In this document: positions 1 through 9,184 of the stretch, in pieces
Layout: each line of letters begins with the position of its first letter
Numbering within the stretch: the first letter of the stretch is position 1
Origin: Clostridium sp.
GTDB taxonomy: Bacteria; Bacillota; Clostridia; Lachnospirales; Lachnospiraceae
Direction: 5' to 3'
DNA length: 51,047 nucleotides
Assembly (NCBI GenBank): GCA_016302185.1
Contig: JAEDOC010000001.1
Span: forward strand, 1 to 51,047
Position numbers and translations under genes: made by a program
The notes under the pieces: generated by a model
What the model saw: the letters and a program-made list of their open reading frames with translations, nothing else
The model's database searches: none
Told to the model about the DNA's origin: nothing

Positions 1-2
1 CC

Positions 3-440
3 TCCGGTTCCAACATGTCTGAGTCCGATATCGACAAGGCTGTGAAAGAGGCGGCCGAGTATGAAGCTCAGGATAAGAAGAAAAAAGAAGCAATTGATAC
101 CAGAAATGAAGCAGACTCTATCGTATTCCAGACCGAGAAGGCACTGGAAGAAGTGGGTGACAAGATTGCTGACAGCGATAAATCCGCAGTAGAGGCTGAT
201 CTGAATGCCTTAAAAGAGGCCATCAACAAGGCTCCGATCGAGCAGATGACCGATGCTCAGGTTGAAGAGATTAAAGCAGCCAAGGAGAAACTGATGACCA
301 GCGCGCAGGCTCTGTTTGCCAAGGTTTATGAGGCAGCACAGGGAGCAGCGGGAGCACAGGGAGGCCCGCAGGCAGGTCCGGACATGGGCAGCGCACCGCA
401 TGATGATAATGTGGTTGACGGCGACTTCAAAGAGGTGTAA
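3..440 (+). CDS. dnaK: Chaperone DnaK, C-terminal part (5'-partial, begins before the window)
   Basis: Frame is open from the window edge. Hsp70 lid helices (AAEYEAQDKKKKEAIDTRNEADS) and C-terminal DDNVVDGDFKEV; directly upstream of dnaJ. Confidence 0.96.
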   Translation, partial: SGSNMSESDIDKAVKEAAEYEAQDKKKKEAIDTRNEADSIVFQTEKALEEVGDKIADSDKSAVEADLNALKEAINKAPIEQMTDAQVEEIKAAKEKLMTSAQALFAKVYEAAQGAAGAQGGPQAGPDMGSAPHDDNVVDGDFKEV

Positions 441-464
441 AGTTAAAAAGTTAGATAGAAAAAA

Positions 465-504
465 CGCGATGGGGATTGGGCTTTCTTGCCCAAGCCCCTT
501 TGCG
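465..504 (+). promoter_or_regulatory. dnaK-dnaJ intergenic stem-loop
   Basis: CGCGATGGGGATTGGGC-tttctt-GCCCAAGCCCCTTTGCG imperfect hairpin with no strong U-tract. Confidence 0.5.
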
Positions 505-527
505 GGGTTTAGGAAGGAGTTCTTTCC

Positions 528-1670
528 ATGGCGGAGAGCAAGAGAGATTACTATGAAGTCTTAGGCGTTCCGAAGGATGCGGATGACGCTGCGCTGAAAA
601 AAGCATATAGAACACTGGCTAAAAAGTATCATCCGGATGCCAATCCGGGCGATGAGGCGGCAGCGGAGAAGTTTAAAGAAGCATCGGAAGCTTACAGTGT
701 GCTGAGTGATCCGGAAAAGAGAAGACAGTACGATCAGTTTGGCCATGCGGCTTTTGACGGAGGAGCCGGAGGAGCCGGCGGCTTTGGCGGATTTGATTTT
801 AACGGTGCAGATATGGGAGATATCTTCGGGGATATTTTCGGAGATATTTTCGGCGGAGGAAGAAGCCGTGGACGCAGCAATGGACCGATGCGCGGTGCCA
901 ATGTGAGAACCAGTGTCCGGATTACCTTTGAAGAGGCTATCTTTGGATGTGAAAAGGAGTTGGATCTGAATCTGAAAGAAACCTGCGATAAATGTAACGG
1001 GACCGGTGCCAAGCCGGGAACTCAGCCGCAGACCTGTACCAAGTGTAACGGCAAGGGTAAGATCATGTATACCCAGCAGTCCTTCTTTGGTCAGGTGCAG
1101 AATGTACAGACCTGCCCGGACTGCGGCGGCAGCGGTAAGATCATTAAAGAGAAATGTCCGGACTGCTACGGCACCGGCTTTGTCAGCAGAAGAAAGAAGA
1201 TCAAGGTGACCATTCCGGCTGGTATCGATAACGGTCAGAGCCTGCGGGATCGGGGCAACGGCGAGCCGGGAATTAACGGCGGCGAGCGAGGGGACTTGCT
1301 GGTGGAGGTAGTGGTTTCTCCGCATCCGATCTTCAAACGTCAGGATACCAGCATCTACTCGACAGTTCCGATCTCCTTCGCGAGAGCCGCTCTTGGCGGG
1401 CCCATCCGCATCAAGACGGTGGACGGCGAAGTGGAGTATGAGGTGAAGCCGGGTACCCAGACCGATACCAGGATTCGTCTGAGGGGCAAGGGAGTACCTT
1501 CCCTGCGCAACCGCAACGTGCGCGGTGATCATTTCGTAACTCTGGTTGTTTCAGTTCCGGAGCGGATGACCGAGGCGCAGAAAGAAGCGCTGCGAAAATT
1601 TGATGATGCGATGAACGGGGTAACCCCGCCGGAACACGAGAAGCCGAAGAAAAAGGGTCTTTTTAAATAA
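528..1670 (+). CDS. dnaJ: Chaperone DnaJ
   Basis: J-domain with HPD, G/F-rich linker, four CxxCxGxG repeats; AGGAG RBS. Confidence 0.98.
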   Translation: MAESKRDYYEVLGVPKDADDAALKKAYRTLAKKYHPDANPGDEAAAEKFKEASEAYSVLSDPEKRRQYDQFGHAAFDGGAGGAGGFGGFDFNGADMGDIFGDIFGDIFGGGRSRGRSNGPMRGANVRTSVRITFEEAIFGCEKELDLNLKETCDKCNGTGAKPGTQPQTCTKCNGKGKIMYTQQSFFGQVQNVQTCPDCGGSGKIIKEKCPDCYGTGFVSRRKKIKVTIPAGIDNGQSLRDRGNGEPGINGGERGDLLVEVVVSPHPIFKRQDTSIYSTVPISFARAALGGPIRIKTVDGEVEYEVKPGTQTDTRIRLRGKGVPSLRNRNVRGDHFVTLVVSVPERMTEAQKEALRKFDDAMNGVTPPEHEKPKKKGLFK

Positions 1671-1701
1671 GCGGAATAAGAGGATTGAACGGTAAGAAAG
1701 A

Positions 1702-1766
1702 AGCCGGCATTCAGATCTGTTATGCTTGCATGTAAGCGTGACGCATCTGGATGACCGGCTCTTTTT
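1702..1766 (+). terminator. Long intrinsic terminator of the dnaK-dnaJ operon
   Basis: AGCCGG-CATTCAGAT...ATCTGGATG-ACCGGCT hairpin of about 60 nt followed by CTTTTT. Confidence 0.75.
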
Positions 1767-1814
1767 ATGAGGCAAAGTCATATGGGGGAGTGCCAATCTT
1801 TAAACTTTCGTAAG

Positions 1815-1843
1815 TTGACTTTACATTGGATGTTATTTACAAT
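1815..1843 (+). promoter_or_regulatory. sigmaA-type promoter of the L,D-transpeptidase gene
   Basis: TTGACT-17 bp-TACAAT. Confidence 0.7.
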
Positions 1844-1942
1844 GTAAGAGTTGAAGTGTGCGTATTTCATTTGAGAGTGAATACAATGATTTTGACGGGA
1901 CAGAATTTTTTGTAACTTTGAAGATGGAGAGGGCGAGTATTG

Positions 1943-3766
1943 ATGATGGATGAGAAGCAGTTCCACCGCCGGGGAAGAAGCCGTGCAAAGGGTGCTGGAG
2001 ATGCCGGAGGAGAAAAGAGGGAAAGAACGCAGCTTACGGATCGGGCGCAGAAGCCGGGCAGTCAGAAAAAGAAATTTCTGATAGCCGCCGGTATTGCCGC
2101 TGCAGTGCTTCTGGCCGCCGGAGGAAGCTATGCCGGTATGGCACAGCGTTATAAACGGGTTTATTTCCCCAATACGCAGATTAACGGAATGAATGTTTCC
2201 GGGATGACCGTTGCTGAGGTGAAGAATTTGATTTCCGAGGGAACGAATGGCTATGTACTTACGCTGGTTGAGCGTGACGGGGCCCAGGAGCAGATTACCG
2301 GTGAATCCATTGGTCTGCATCCGGAGTTTAACGGTGCACTGGAACAGCTTCTGGCGGCTCAGAACCCCTATCAGTGGGGCTTCTATCAGATGGGGCTTCG
2401 CTCCGATGTACATGCGATAGAGGCGATGATTGTCTATGAGGAGGAGAGCCTGGAACAGCAGATAGAGGCTTTATCGTGCCTGCAGCCGGAGAATCAGACG
2501 GAGCCGGAGAACGCAAGGATTTCTGATTATGTGCCCGGACAGGGATATACCATTGTCCCGGAGACAGAGGGTACTGTAGTACAGGAGGAGGCGCTGCGGA
2601 CTGCGGTGGAGGAAGGGATCCGAAATCTGCAGGAGCAGCTGTCCCTGGAAGAGGCAGGGGTCTATAAAGCGGTAGACATCACTTCGGAGGATGCGGCGCT
2701 GCAGGAACGGCTGGCTGCGATGAACCGGTATGCCGGAGTGACAGTGACATATCGTTTTGGAGACAGGACAGAGGTATTGAACGGGGATCGGATTCATGAG
2801 TGGATTGTGACGGATGAAGCCGGAAATGTCTCTGTAGATTCCGGCCAGGTGATCCGTTATGTGGAGGAACTGGCGGCGGAATATAATACGGCACACAAGG
2901 CCAAAACATTGAAAACATCCTACGGTAAGACAATCAAGATTACAGGCGGCAGCTACGGCTGGAAACTGAACCAGTCAGCGGAAGCGGATGAACTGGCGGC
3001 GATTCTTCGTTCCGGGGAGAGCCAGACGAGGGAGCCGGTCTACAGCCAGAAGGCGGCAAGCCATGGGGAGAATGATTACGGCAGTACGTATGTAGAAATC
3101 AATTTAACAGCACAGCATCTGTATTTCTATAAAGATGGAAAGCTGGTGGTGGAGTCGGATTTTGTGTCCGGCAATCAGTCCAAGGGCTGGTCGACACCGG
3201 CAGGCTCGTATTCGATTACCTATAAGCAGAAAGACGCGGTACTGAAGGGAGAAAACTACCGGACACCGGTGGATTACTGGATGCCGTTTAATGGAGGAAT
3301 CGGTCTGCATGATGCTACCTGGCGAAGTTCCTTCGGCGGAACGATCTATAAAACCAATGGTTCCCACGGTTGCATCAATCTGCCGCATGAGGTGGCGAAA
3401 AAGATTTTTGAGAATATTTCGGCGGGAGATCCGGTCCTTTGTTATCACCTGGAAGGAACGGAGAAGGGAAGTACTTCTGTGAAACCGGCGGAACCGACAA
3501 CGGAAGCCCCCACGGAAGCCCCGACACAGGCACCGGCGGAAACTCCGACGCAGGCACCGGCAGAGACGGCAGAACAGCCGGTGGTGAAGCCGACCCAGGC
3601 GCCAACAGAGGCTCCGGTGGAGACGGCGGATTCCCCCACAGTGAAGCCGACGGAAGCTCCGACGCAGGCACCGACCGAGGCCCCCACGGAAGCCCCGACG
3701 CAGGCGCCGGCGGGACCGGGATCAGACAGCGGAAATACCGAAAAGGCCAGTGGACCGGCGTCCTGA
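1943..3766 (+). CDS. Membrane-anchored L,D-transpeptidase (peptidoglycan-binding repeats, YkuD catalytic domain, Pro/Thr tail)
   Basis: N-terminal TM after KKKFL; YVEINLTAQHLY...VSG...TPAG...IGLHDATWR...SHGCINL catalytic motifs. Exact start (1940/1943/1946) uncertain. Confidence 0.92.
   Translation: MMDEKQFHRRGRSRAKGAGDAGGEKRERTQLTDRAQKPGSQKKKFLIAAGIAAAVLLAAGGSYAGMAQRYKRVYFPNTQINGMNVSGMTVAEVKNLISEGTNGYVLTLVERDGAQEQITGESIGLHPEFNGALEQLLAAQNPYQWGFYQMGLRSDVHAIEAMIVYEEESLEQQIEALSCLQPENQTEPENARISDYVPGQGYTIVPETEGTVVQEEALRTAVEEGIRNLQEQLSLEEAGVYKAVDITSEDAALQERLAAMNRYAGVTVTYRFGDRTEVLNGDRIHEWIVTDEAGNVSVDSGQVIRYVEELAAEYNTAHKAKTLKTSYGKTIKITGGSYGWKLNQSAEADELAAILRSGESQTREPVYSQKAASHGENDYGSTYVEINLTAQHLYFYKDGKLVVESDFVSGNQSKGWSTPAGSYSITYKQKDAVLKGENYRTPVDYWMPFNGGIGLHDATWRSSFGGTIYKTNGSHGCINLPHEVAKKIFENISAGDPVLCYHLEGTEKGSTSVKPAEPTTEAPTEAPTQAPAETPTQAPAETAEQPVVKPTQAPTEAPVETADSPTVKPTEAPTQAPTEAPTEAPTQAPAGPGSDSGNTEKASGPAS
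3479..3716 (+). repeat. Degenerate 12-bp tandem repeats encoding (PTEA/PTQA)n
   Basis: Translation shows repeated PTEA/PTQA units in three VKP-initiated blocks; CCCCCACGGAAGCCCCGAC occurs twice. Confidence 0.85.
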
Positions 3767-3819
3767 CCTGGGATTTTTGAAGCTTCGGAAAGATTTCCTG
3801 CGGTTTTAAGAAAAAACAG

Positions 3820-3848
3820 TTTACTTTAAAAAAAGAGTATGGTATACT
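3820..3848 (+). promoter_or_regulatory. sigmaA promoter of rpsO
   Basis: TTTACT-17 bp-TATACT with TG extended -10. Confidence 0.75.
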
Positions 3849-3854
3849 GTTTCG

Positions 3855-3936
3855 GTATGAGAACGCCGGTGCTCGGTTTTTTGAAGACTCCTGACATAAA
3901 CTTAGCATACGGTGAGAATAATTATATTAAGGAGGA
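3855..3936 (+). promoter_or_regulatory. Putative ribosomal protein S15 leader (autoregulatory RNA)
   Basis: The 5' UTR folds as GCCGGTGCT...AGCATACGGT enclosing GTTTTTTG-AAGACTCCTGA-CATAAAC, followed by the AAGGAGG RBS. This resembles the Firmicute S15 leader. Confidence 0.6.
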
Positions 3937-3943
3937 AATCACA

Positions 3944-4210
3944 ATGATTTCAAAGGAAAAGAAAGCAGCGATTATCGCAGAGTACGGCAGAAAGCCGGGC
4001 GACACTGGTTCACCGGAGGTTCAGATTGCAATTCTTACTGCAAGAATTACCGAGCTTACCGAGCATTTAAAGAACAACCAGAAGGATCATCATTCCAGAC
4101 GCGGTCTGTTAAAGATGGTAGGTCAGAGACGTGGTCTTCTTGATTACTTAAAGAAAACAGATCTGGAAGGATATCGTGCTTTAATTGAGAAATTAGGCAT
4201 CAGAAAGTAA
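3944..4210 (+). CDS. rpsO: 30S ribosomal protein S15
   Basis: [13 protein letters not shown]...[17 protein letters not shown]; true ATG at 3944 after AAGGAGG. Confidence 0.99.
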   Translation: MISKEKKAAIIAEYGRKPGDTGSPEVQIAILTARITELTEHLKNNQKDHHSRRGLLKMVGQRRGLLDYLKKTDLEGYRALIEKLGIRK

Positions 4211-4220
4211 GGAAAGAACA

Positions 4221-4249
4221 TAGGGTGGAGCAATCCACCCTAGTTGTTT
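4221..4249 (+). terminator. rpsO terminator-like hairpin
   Basis: TAGGGTGGA-gcaa-TCCACCCTA followed by GTTGTTT. Confidence 0.7.
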
Positions 4250-4384
4250 ATGGAGAAGAATTTACCCGAGACCGCTGCTGTATACATAAGGCTTTCCGGC
4301 TTTGTGTACAGAGCAGTAGTTTCGGAATCTTCTGCATAACAGCGATTTAAAAAAGTGAAGAAGTAAGAGAAAGGAGATTTTGAA

Positions 4385-6502
4385 ATGTACAAGAGTTTTT
4401 CAATGGAACTGGCCGGCAGAACTCTGACGGTTGATGTAGGCAGAGTCGCTGCGCAGGCAAATGGTGCGGCATTGATGCATTATGGGGATACTACCGTATT
4501 ATCTACCGCTACCGCTTCGGACAAGCCGAGAGACGGAATTGATTTCTTCCCGTTAAGCGTGGAGTTTGAGGAGAAGATGTATGCGGTAGGCAAGATTCCG
4601 GGAGGCTTCAATAAGCGCGAGGGAAAGGCATCAGAGAATGCAATTCTGACTTCCCGTGTGATTGATCGTCCGATGCGTCCGCTGTTCCCGAAGGATTACA
4701 GAAATGATGTTACTTTAAATAATCTGGTGCTCTCCGTAGATCCGGACTGCAGTCCGGAGTATACCGCTATGCTGGGTTCTGCGATTGCAACCTGCATTTC
4801 CGATATCCCGTTTGACGGTCCGTGTGCAACCACTCAGGTTGGTATGATTGACGGAGAATTTATCATCAACCCGACCAGCGCTCAGAAGAAGGTTTCTGAT
4901 ATGGCCTTAACAGTGGCTTCCACCAGAGAGAAGGTTATCATGATCGAGGCCGGTGCGAAGGAAGTTCCGGAGCAGGTGATGATCGATGCTATCTTCAAAG
5001 CACATGAAGTAAATCAGGAGATTATTAAATTTATTGACAGCATCGTAGCAGAGTGCGGCAAGGAAAAGCACACCTATGAGAGCTGTGCGGTTCCGGAAGA
5101 GCTGTTCGCCGCAATCAAGGAGATCGTTCCGCCGGAGGAGATGGAAGAAGCTGTCTTCACTGATGAGAAACAGAAGAGAGAAGCCAATATCAAGGCGATT
5201 ACTGAGCGTCTGGAGGAGGCATTTGCAGAGAACGAGGAGTGGCTGGCAGTTCTTGGTGAGGCGGTATACCAGTACCAGAAGAAGACCGTCCGCAAGATGA
5301 TCTTAAAGGATCACAAGCGTCCGGACGGCCGTCAGATCACAGAGATTCGTCCGTTGGCAGCTGAGATTGACGTGCTTCCGAGAGTCCATGGTTCCGGTAT
5401 GTTTACCAGAGGTCAGACTCAGATCTTAAACATCTGTACCCTGGCTCCGCTTTCCGAGGCACAGAGACTGGATGGTCTGGATGAGAATGAAACAACCAAG
5501 AGATATATGCATCATTATAACTTCCCGTCCTACTCCGTAGGCGAGACCAAGCCGTCCAGAGGTCCGGGACGCCGTGAGATTGGTCATGGTGCACTGGCTG
5601 AGAGAGCCCTGATTCCGGTACTCCCCAGCGAGGAAGAGTTCCCCTATGCAATCCGTACCGTATCTGAGACCATGGAGTCCAACGGTTCCACCTCTCAGGC
5701 AAGTATCTGTGCATCTACCCTGTCTCTGATGGCAGCAGGTGTTCCGATTAAGCGTCCGGTAGCAGGTATCTCCTGTGGTCTGGTAACCGGTGAGACTGAT
5801 GATGATTACATTGTTCTGACCGATATCCAGGGTCTGGAAGACTTCTTTGGCGATATGGATTTCAAGGTAGGCGGTACCGAGAAGGGTATTACCTCCATCC
5901 AGATGGATATTAAGATCCACGGCTTAACCCGTCCGATTATTGAGGAGGCCATTGCCAAGACAAGAGAGGCAAGAATGTACATTCTCAATGAGGTTATGGC
6001 ACCGGTAATTTCCGAACCGAGAAAAGAAGTCAGCAAGTATGCACCGAAGATTGTTCAGATCACCATCGATCCGCAGAAGATCGGCGATGTAGTGGGCAAG
6101 CAGGGCAAGGTAATCAATAAGATTATCGAGGATACCGGTGTGAAGATTGATATCGAGGATGACGGAAGCGTATCTGTCTGCGGAACCGATCAGGAGATGA
6201 TTGATAAAGCAGTCAGAATAATCAAGAGTATCGTAACCGAGATCGAGCCAGGTCAGATTCTGACCGGTAAGGTTGTCCGCATCATGAACTTTGGTGCTTT
6301 CGTTGAGCTGGCTCCCAATAAGGATGGTATGATTCACATCTCCAAGCTGTCAGATAAGCGTGTGGCAAAGGTAGAGGATGTGGTAAATATCGGTGACGAG
6401 GTTACCGTGAAGGTAATTGAAGTGGACAAGATGGGCCGCATCAATTTAAGCATGAAGCCGGGCGATCTGGCTTCTAAGAGCGAGAAAGCTGATCAGGAAT
6501 AA
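4385..6502 (+). CDS. pnp: Polynucleotide phosphorylase
   Basis: FFPLSV...GKIPGGFNKREG, RREIGHG, ESNGS, GDMDFKV, plus KH and S1 domains. Confidence 0.99.
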   Translation: MYKSFSMELAGRTLTVDVGRVAAQANGAALMHYGDTTVLSTATASDKPRDGIDFFPLSVEFEEKMYAVGKIPGGFNKREGKASENAILTSRVIDRPMRPLFPKDYRNDVTLNNLVLSVDPDCSPEYTAMLGSAIATCISDIPFDGPCATTQVGMIDGEFIINPTSAQKKVSDMALTVASTREKVIMIEAGAKEVPEQVMIDAIFKAHEVNQEIIKFIDSIVAECGKEKHTYESCAVPEELFAAIKEIVPPEEMEEAVFTDEKQKREANIKAITERLEEAFAENEEWLAVLGEAVYQYQKKTVRKMILKDHKRPDGRQITEIRPLAAEIDVLPRVHGSGMFTRGQTQILNICTLAPLSEAQRLDGLDENETTKRYMHHYNFPSYSVGETKPSRGPGRREIGHGALAERALIPVLPSEEEFPYAIRTVSETMESNGSTSQASICASTLSLMAAGVPIKRPVAGISCGLVTGETDDDYIVLTDIQGLEDFFGDMDFKVGGTEKGITSIQMDIKIHGLTRPIIEEAIAKTREARMYILNEVMAPVISEPRKEVSKYAPKIVQITIDPQKIGDVVGKQGKVINKIIEDTGVKIDIEDDGSVSVCGTDQEMIDKAVRIIKSIVTEIEPGQILTGKVVRIMNFGAFVELAPNKDGMIHISKLSDKRVAKVEDVVNIGDEVTVKVIEVDKMGRINLSMKPGDLASKSEKADQE

Positions 6503-6540
6503 TCATTTGTTACAATTGAACAGACTGATAGAATGATAGA

Positions 6541-6595
6541 AGCAGGAAAGCTGCTGCGGGACGGAAGGACATTTCGGCTGCGGCAGCTTTTTGCT
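6541..6595 (+). terminator. pnp terminator
   Basis: AGCAGGAAAGCTGCTGCGG...CTGCGGCAGCTTTTTGCT inverted repeat with T-run. Confidence 0.7.
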
Positions 6596-6653
6596 GTTAC
6601 AGAAGGAAACTGCAGGTGGCGTTTCCCGGCGGGCGGTAAAGGAGGAGGACAGA

Positions 6654-7325
6654 GTGCTGGAGGTCAGAGAGCTATATAAAAAGTACGGGAAAAAACAGAT
6701 TCTGCGGGGCGTGTCTTTTCAGGCGGGGACGGGAGAATGCATTGGCATTGTCGGAGGAAATGGCTGCGGAAAAACCACGCTTCTGTCGATTCTGGCCGGA
6801 GTAAACCGGCCGGATCGGGGCAGCATCTGTTTTGAGGGAACAGAGGCAGTGGGAAAGCGAGCCCTGTTTGAGCGGTATGCTGCCTATGTTCCACAGGAGA
6901 GCCCCCTGATTCCGGAGCTTTCTGCAAGGGACAACTACCGTCTCTGGTTTCGCGGAGATAAACTGCGGATGGAAGAGGATTTAAAAAATGGCGTGGGAAA
7001 GAAACTGGGCCTGACTGAATTCCTGTCCACTCCGGCGGGAAAGCTGTCCGGAGGTCAGAAAAAACGGTTAAGCATCGCTTCTGCTCTGGCGGATCGGGCA
7101 AAGGTGCTGATTCTGGATGAACCGGGAGCTGCACTGGATCTGGCGGCGAAGGAGGAGATTCTCCGTTATATCAGAGAATATACAGCACAGGGAGGAACTG
7201 TCCTTCTGACCTCTCATGAGATGGCGGAGCTTTCCGTCTGTACAAGGCTTTTTCTGCTGAAGAATGGTGTGCTGGAGCCGGTGGCGGCGGGAAGCTCCGC
7301 GGAAGAATTGATTGCACGGTTTTAG
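6654..7325 (+). CDS. ABC-2 type exporter ATP-binding protein
   Basis: Walker A GGNGCGKT, LSGGQ signature, ILDEP, H-loop; GTG start after GGAGGAGG. Confidence 0.92.
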   Translation: MLEVRELYKKYGKKQILRGVSFQAGTGECIGIVGGNGCGKTTLLSILAGVNRPDRGSICFEGTEAVGKRALFERYAAYVPQESPLIPELSARDNYRLWFRGDKLRMEEDLKNGVGKKLGLTEFLSTPAGKLSGGQKKRLSIASALADRAKVLILDEPGAALDLAAKEEILRYIREYTAQGGTVLLTSHEMAELSVCTRLFLLKNGVLEPVAAGSSAEELIARF

Positions 7326-7418
7326 TGCGGGCCGATGGTGTCTGTGCACTGTAAAATCTTAAGAATATCGACAAAATCTTACAATAAGAAAAACTGTATC
7401 CCGGAAGAATGGATTGTG

Positions 7419-7427
7419 TGTTATACT
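7419..7427 (+). promoter_or_regulatory. Extended -10 promoter candidate
   Basis: TG-T-TATACT about 36 bp upstream of the ATG at 7464; no good -35. Confidence 0.45.
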
Positions 7428-7463
7428 ATTGACAAACAGGGAAAAAGTGAGGGAGGAACAGGA

Positions 7464-9167
7464 ATGAAATGTCCGTTTTGTAATCAGGAGATAGAAGATG
7501 AAAGCAAATTCTGTACATTTTGCGGCAAAGAGCTGACAATTGCTCCGAAAAAGGGAAAGAGATGGGTGATCCCTGCGGCAGCTGTGGCCGTAGTGGCGGT
7601 GGCAGCCGGTGCGTATGCCATGAGTCAGCGGGTGGATCCGAAGGATGCAGTCATTGACGCGTTTAAGAGTATTACCGCGGAGGGTCAGACGAACCCGGCG
7701 GAAGAGATTTTTGGAATCAGCGATTTGATGGAGAAGCTGTCGAAGGAGTCCGGTGAGATTTCCATGGAGGCCACCATTGCAGGTGCTTCGGATGAGACAG
7801 TGAATCAGCTGGCTAGCGGCAAGATGAGAGTAAATGTGAAAAATGATGTGGATCAGAAAAAACTGTCCATGGATATCGGTCTTGGCTATGCGGATATGGA
7901 TCTGGCCGGCATGGAGCTCTATCTGGATGAAACCCAGGTGGCAGCCGCGATTCCGGAGCTTTCCTCCAGGGCATTTACATTGAATTATGCGGACGATTTG
8001 GAAGGTCAGCTGGAAGCTTCTCCGTATCTGGGCAGTCTCTTACAGGAGAACGGTGTGGATATCACCGGTCTGAGCACCTATCTGGAGAAATGCACGGAGA
8101 TGGCATCGGAAGGAGAAGAGCTTTTTGATCTGAAAGAACTGTGGCATCGCTATAAAGAAGGAAGCAAGGCCATCGATGATCTGAAGGCTGCCATGACAGC
8201 GGAGAAGGCAGAGAAAAAGGATTTCATTATTGATGGTTCCACGGAAAGCTGCAAGGGCTACCATGTCACGGTGACGAAGGACGCGCTGGTGCAGTTTGCC
8301 AGAACGACCAAGGAATTCTTCCTGAATGATGAAACCTTAAAGAGCGATTTTATCTCCTACATGGAGATGGTAACAGAGCTGCAGAATACCATGGCAGAGC
8401 TTCAGGCTCCGTCTCTGACGCAGTCTCCGGAGGAGATGCAGAAGGAACTGTGGCAGAATGCGGAGGCACAGTTTGATGATGTATTAAGCCAGCTGGAAGC
8501 ATCCATGGGAGATGTAACACTGAATGTCTATGTCAGAAAAGGCGGAACCATGGCCGGCTTTGATTTTGCAACCATCGCAAAGGTGGAGGATCAGGAGGTG
8601 GCTCTGGATGGTTCGGTTACCTTCGGAGGCGGCTACAGCATGATTTCCAACGTGACTGCGGTATTGAATATGAACAATGTGAGTATCACGGATGCCGACG
8701 ACAGTGCCATCTCTTTCACGCTGAATAAAACCGGCGGATACGAGGCAGGAAATACCTGGTTCTGTGATCTGAACGCAACTTTGGAGAGCGGAGAAGAGAG
8801 CTTTGGTTTTATTTATAACGGAAGCTATCAGATCGCGGACGGCAGCCTGGCGGTATCTCTGGATCTTCTGGATGGGGAGGAAAGCCAGCTGTCCATTACC
8901 TCGACCGGCTATGTACAGAATCTGCAGAAGGGAACTTCCCTGGAGCTGTGTCTGGATTCTGTCAGATTCTCATCTCCGCTGCTGACCGGTGCAGAGGATT
9001 ATTTTGAGCTTTCCGGCAGCTATGCGGCCGGTCCTCTGACCGGAGAGGTGGCCTTCCCGGAGGGAGAGAACTTTGATATTCTGGCGGCTACAGAGGATGA
9101 TTATAATGGTGTGATCAGCGAGATGACGGGTAATATCTTCGGTCTGATGATGAAATTCTACCGATAA
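7464..9167 (+). CDS. Zinc-ribbon, single-TM protein with a large acidic extracytoplasmic domain
   Basis: MKCPFC...CTFCG, then basic residues and a hydrophobic helix (WVIPAAAVAVVAVAAGAYAM); GGGAGG RBS before ATG 7464. Confidence 0.8.
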   Translation: MKCPFCNQEIEDESKFCTFCGKELTIAPKKGKRWVIPAAAVAVVAVAAGAYAMSQRVDPKDAVIDAFKSITAEGQTNPAEEIFGISDLMEKLSKESGEISMEATIAGASDETVNQLASGKMRVNVKNDVDQKKLSMDIGLGYADMDLAGMELYLDETQVAAAIPELSSRAFTLNYADDLEGQLEASPYLGSLLQENGVDITGLSTYLEKCTEMASEGEELFDLKELWHRYKEGSKAIDDLKAAMTAEKAEKKDFIIDGSTESCKGYHVTVTKDALVQFARTTKEFFLNDETLKSDFISYMEMVTELQNTMAELQAPSLTQSPEEMQKELWQNAEAQFDDVLSQLEASMGDVTLNVYVRKGGTMAGFDFATIAKVEDQEVALDGSVTFGGGYSMISNVTAVLNMNNVSITDADDSAISFTLNKTGGYEAGNTWFCDLNATLESGEESFGFIYNGSYQIADGSLAVSLDLLDGEESQLSITSTGYVQNLQKGTSLELCLDSVRFSSPLLTGAEDYFELSGSYAAGPLTGEVAFPEGENFDILAATEDDYNGVISEMTGNIFGLMMKFYR

Positions 9168-9184
9168 TTGGGATGAGGAGTGGT

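Noticed and set aside
1770..1796. GAGTGCCAA resembling the right arm of a CIRCE element near dnaJ
   Set aside because: The left arm position reads AGGCAAAGT, not TTAGCACTC, and the site is downstream of the heat-shock operon.
3479..3716. Possible CRISPR-like repeats
   Set aside because: In-frame degenerate coding repeats with no unique spacers and no cas genes.
3839..3943. N-terminal extension of S15 in the ORF track
   Set aside because: It overlaps the promoter and leader; the real start is the ATG at 3944 after AAGGAGG.
7335..7463. Longer start for the zinc-ribbon protein; similar extensions at 6591, 25353, 27307, 32090, 45479 and 46164
   Set aside because: Downstream starts have clear RBSs and family-typical N-termini, and several extensions overlap promoters or other genes.
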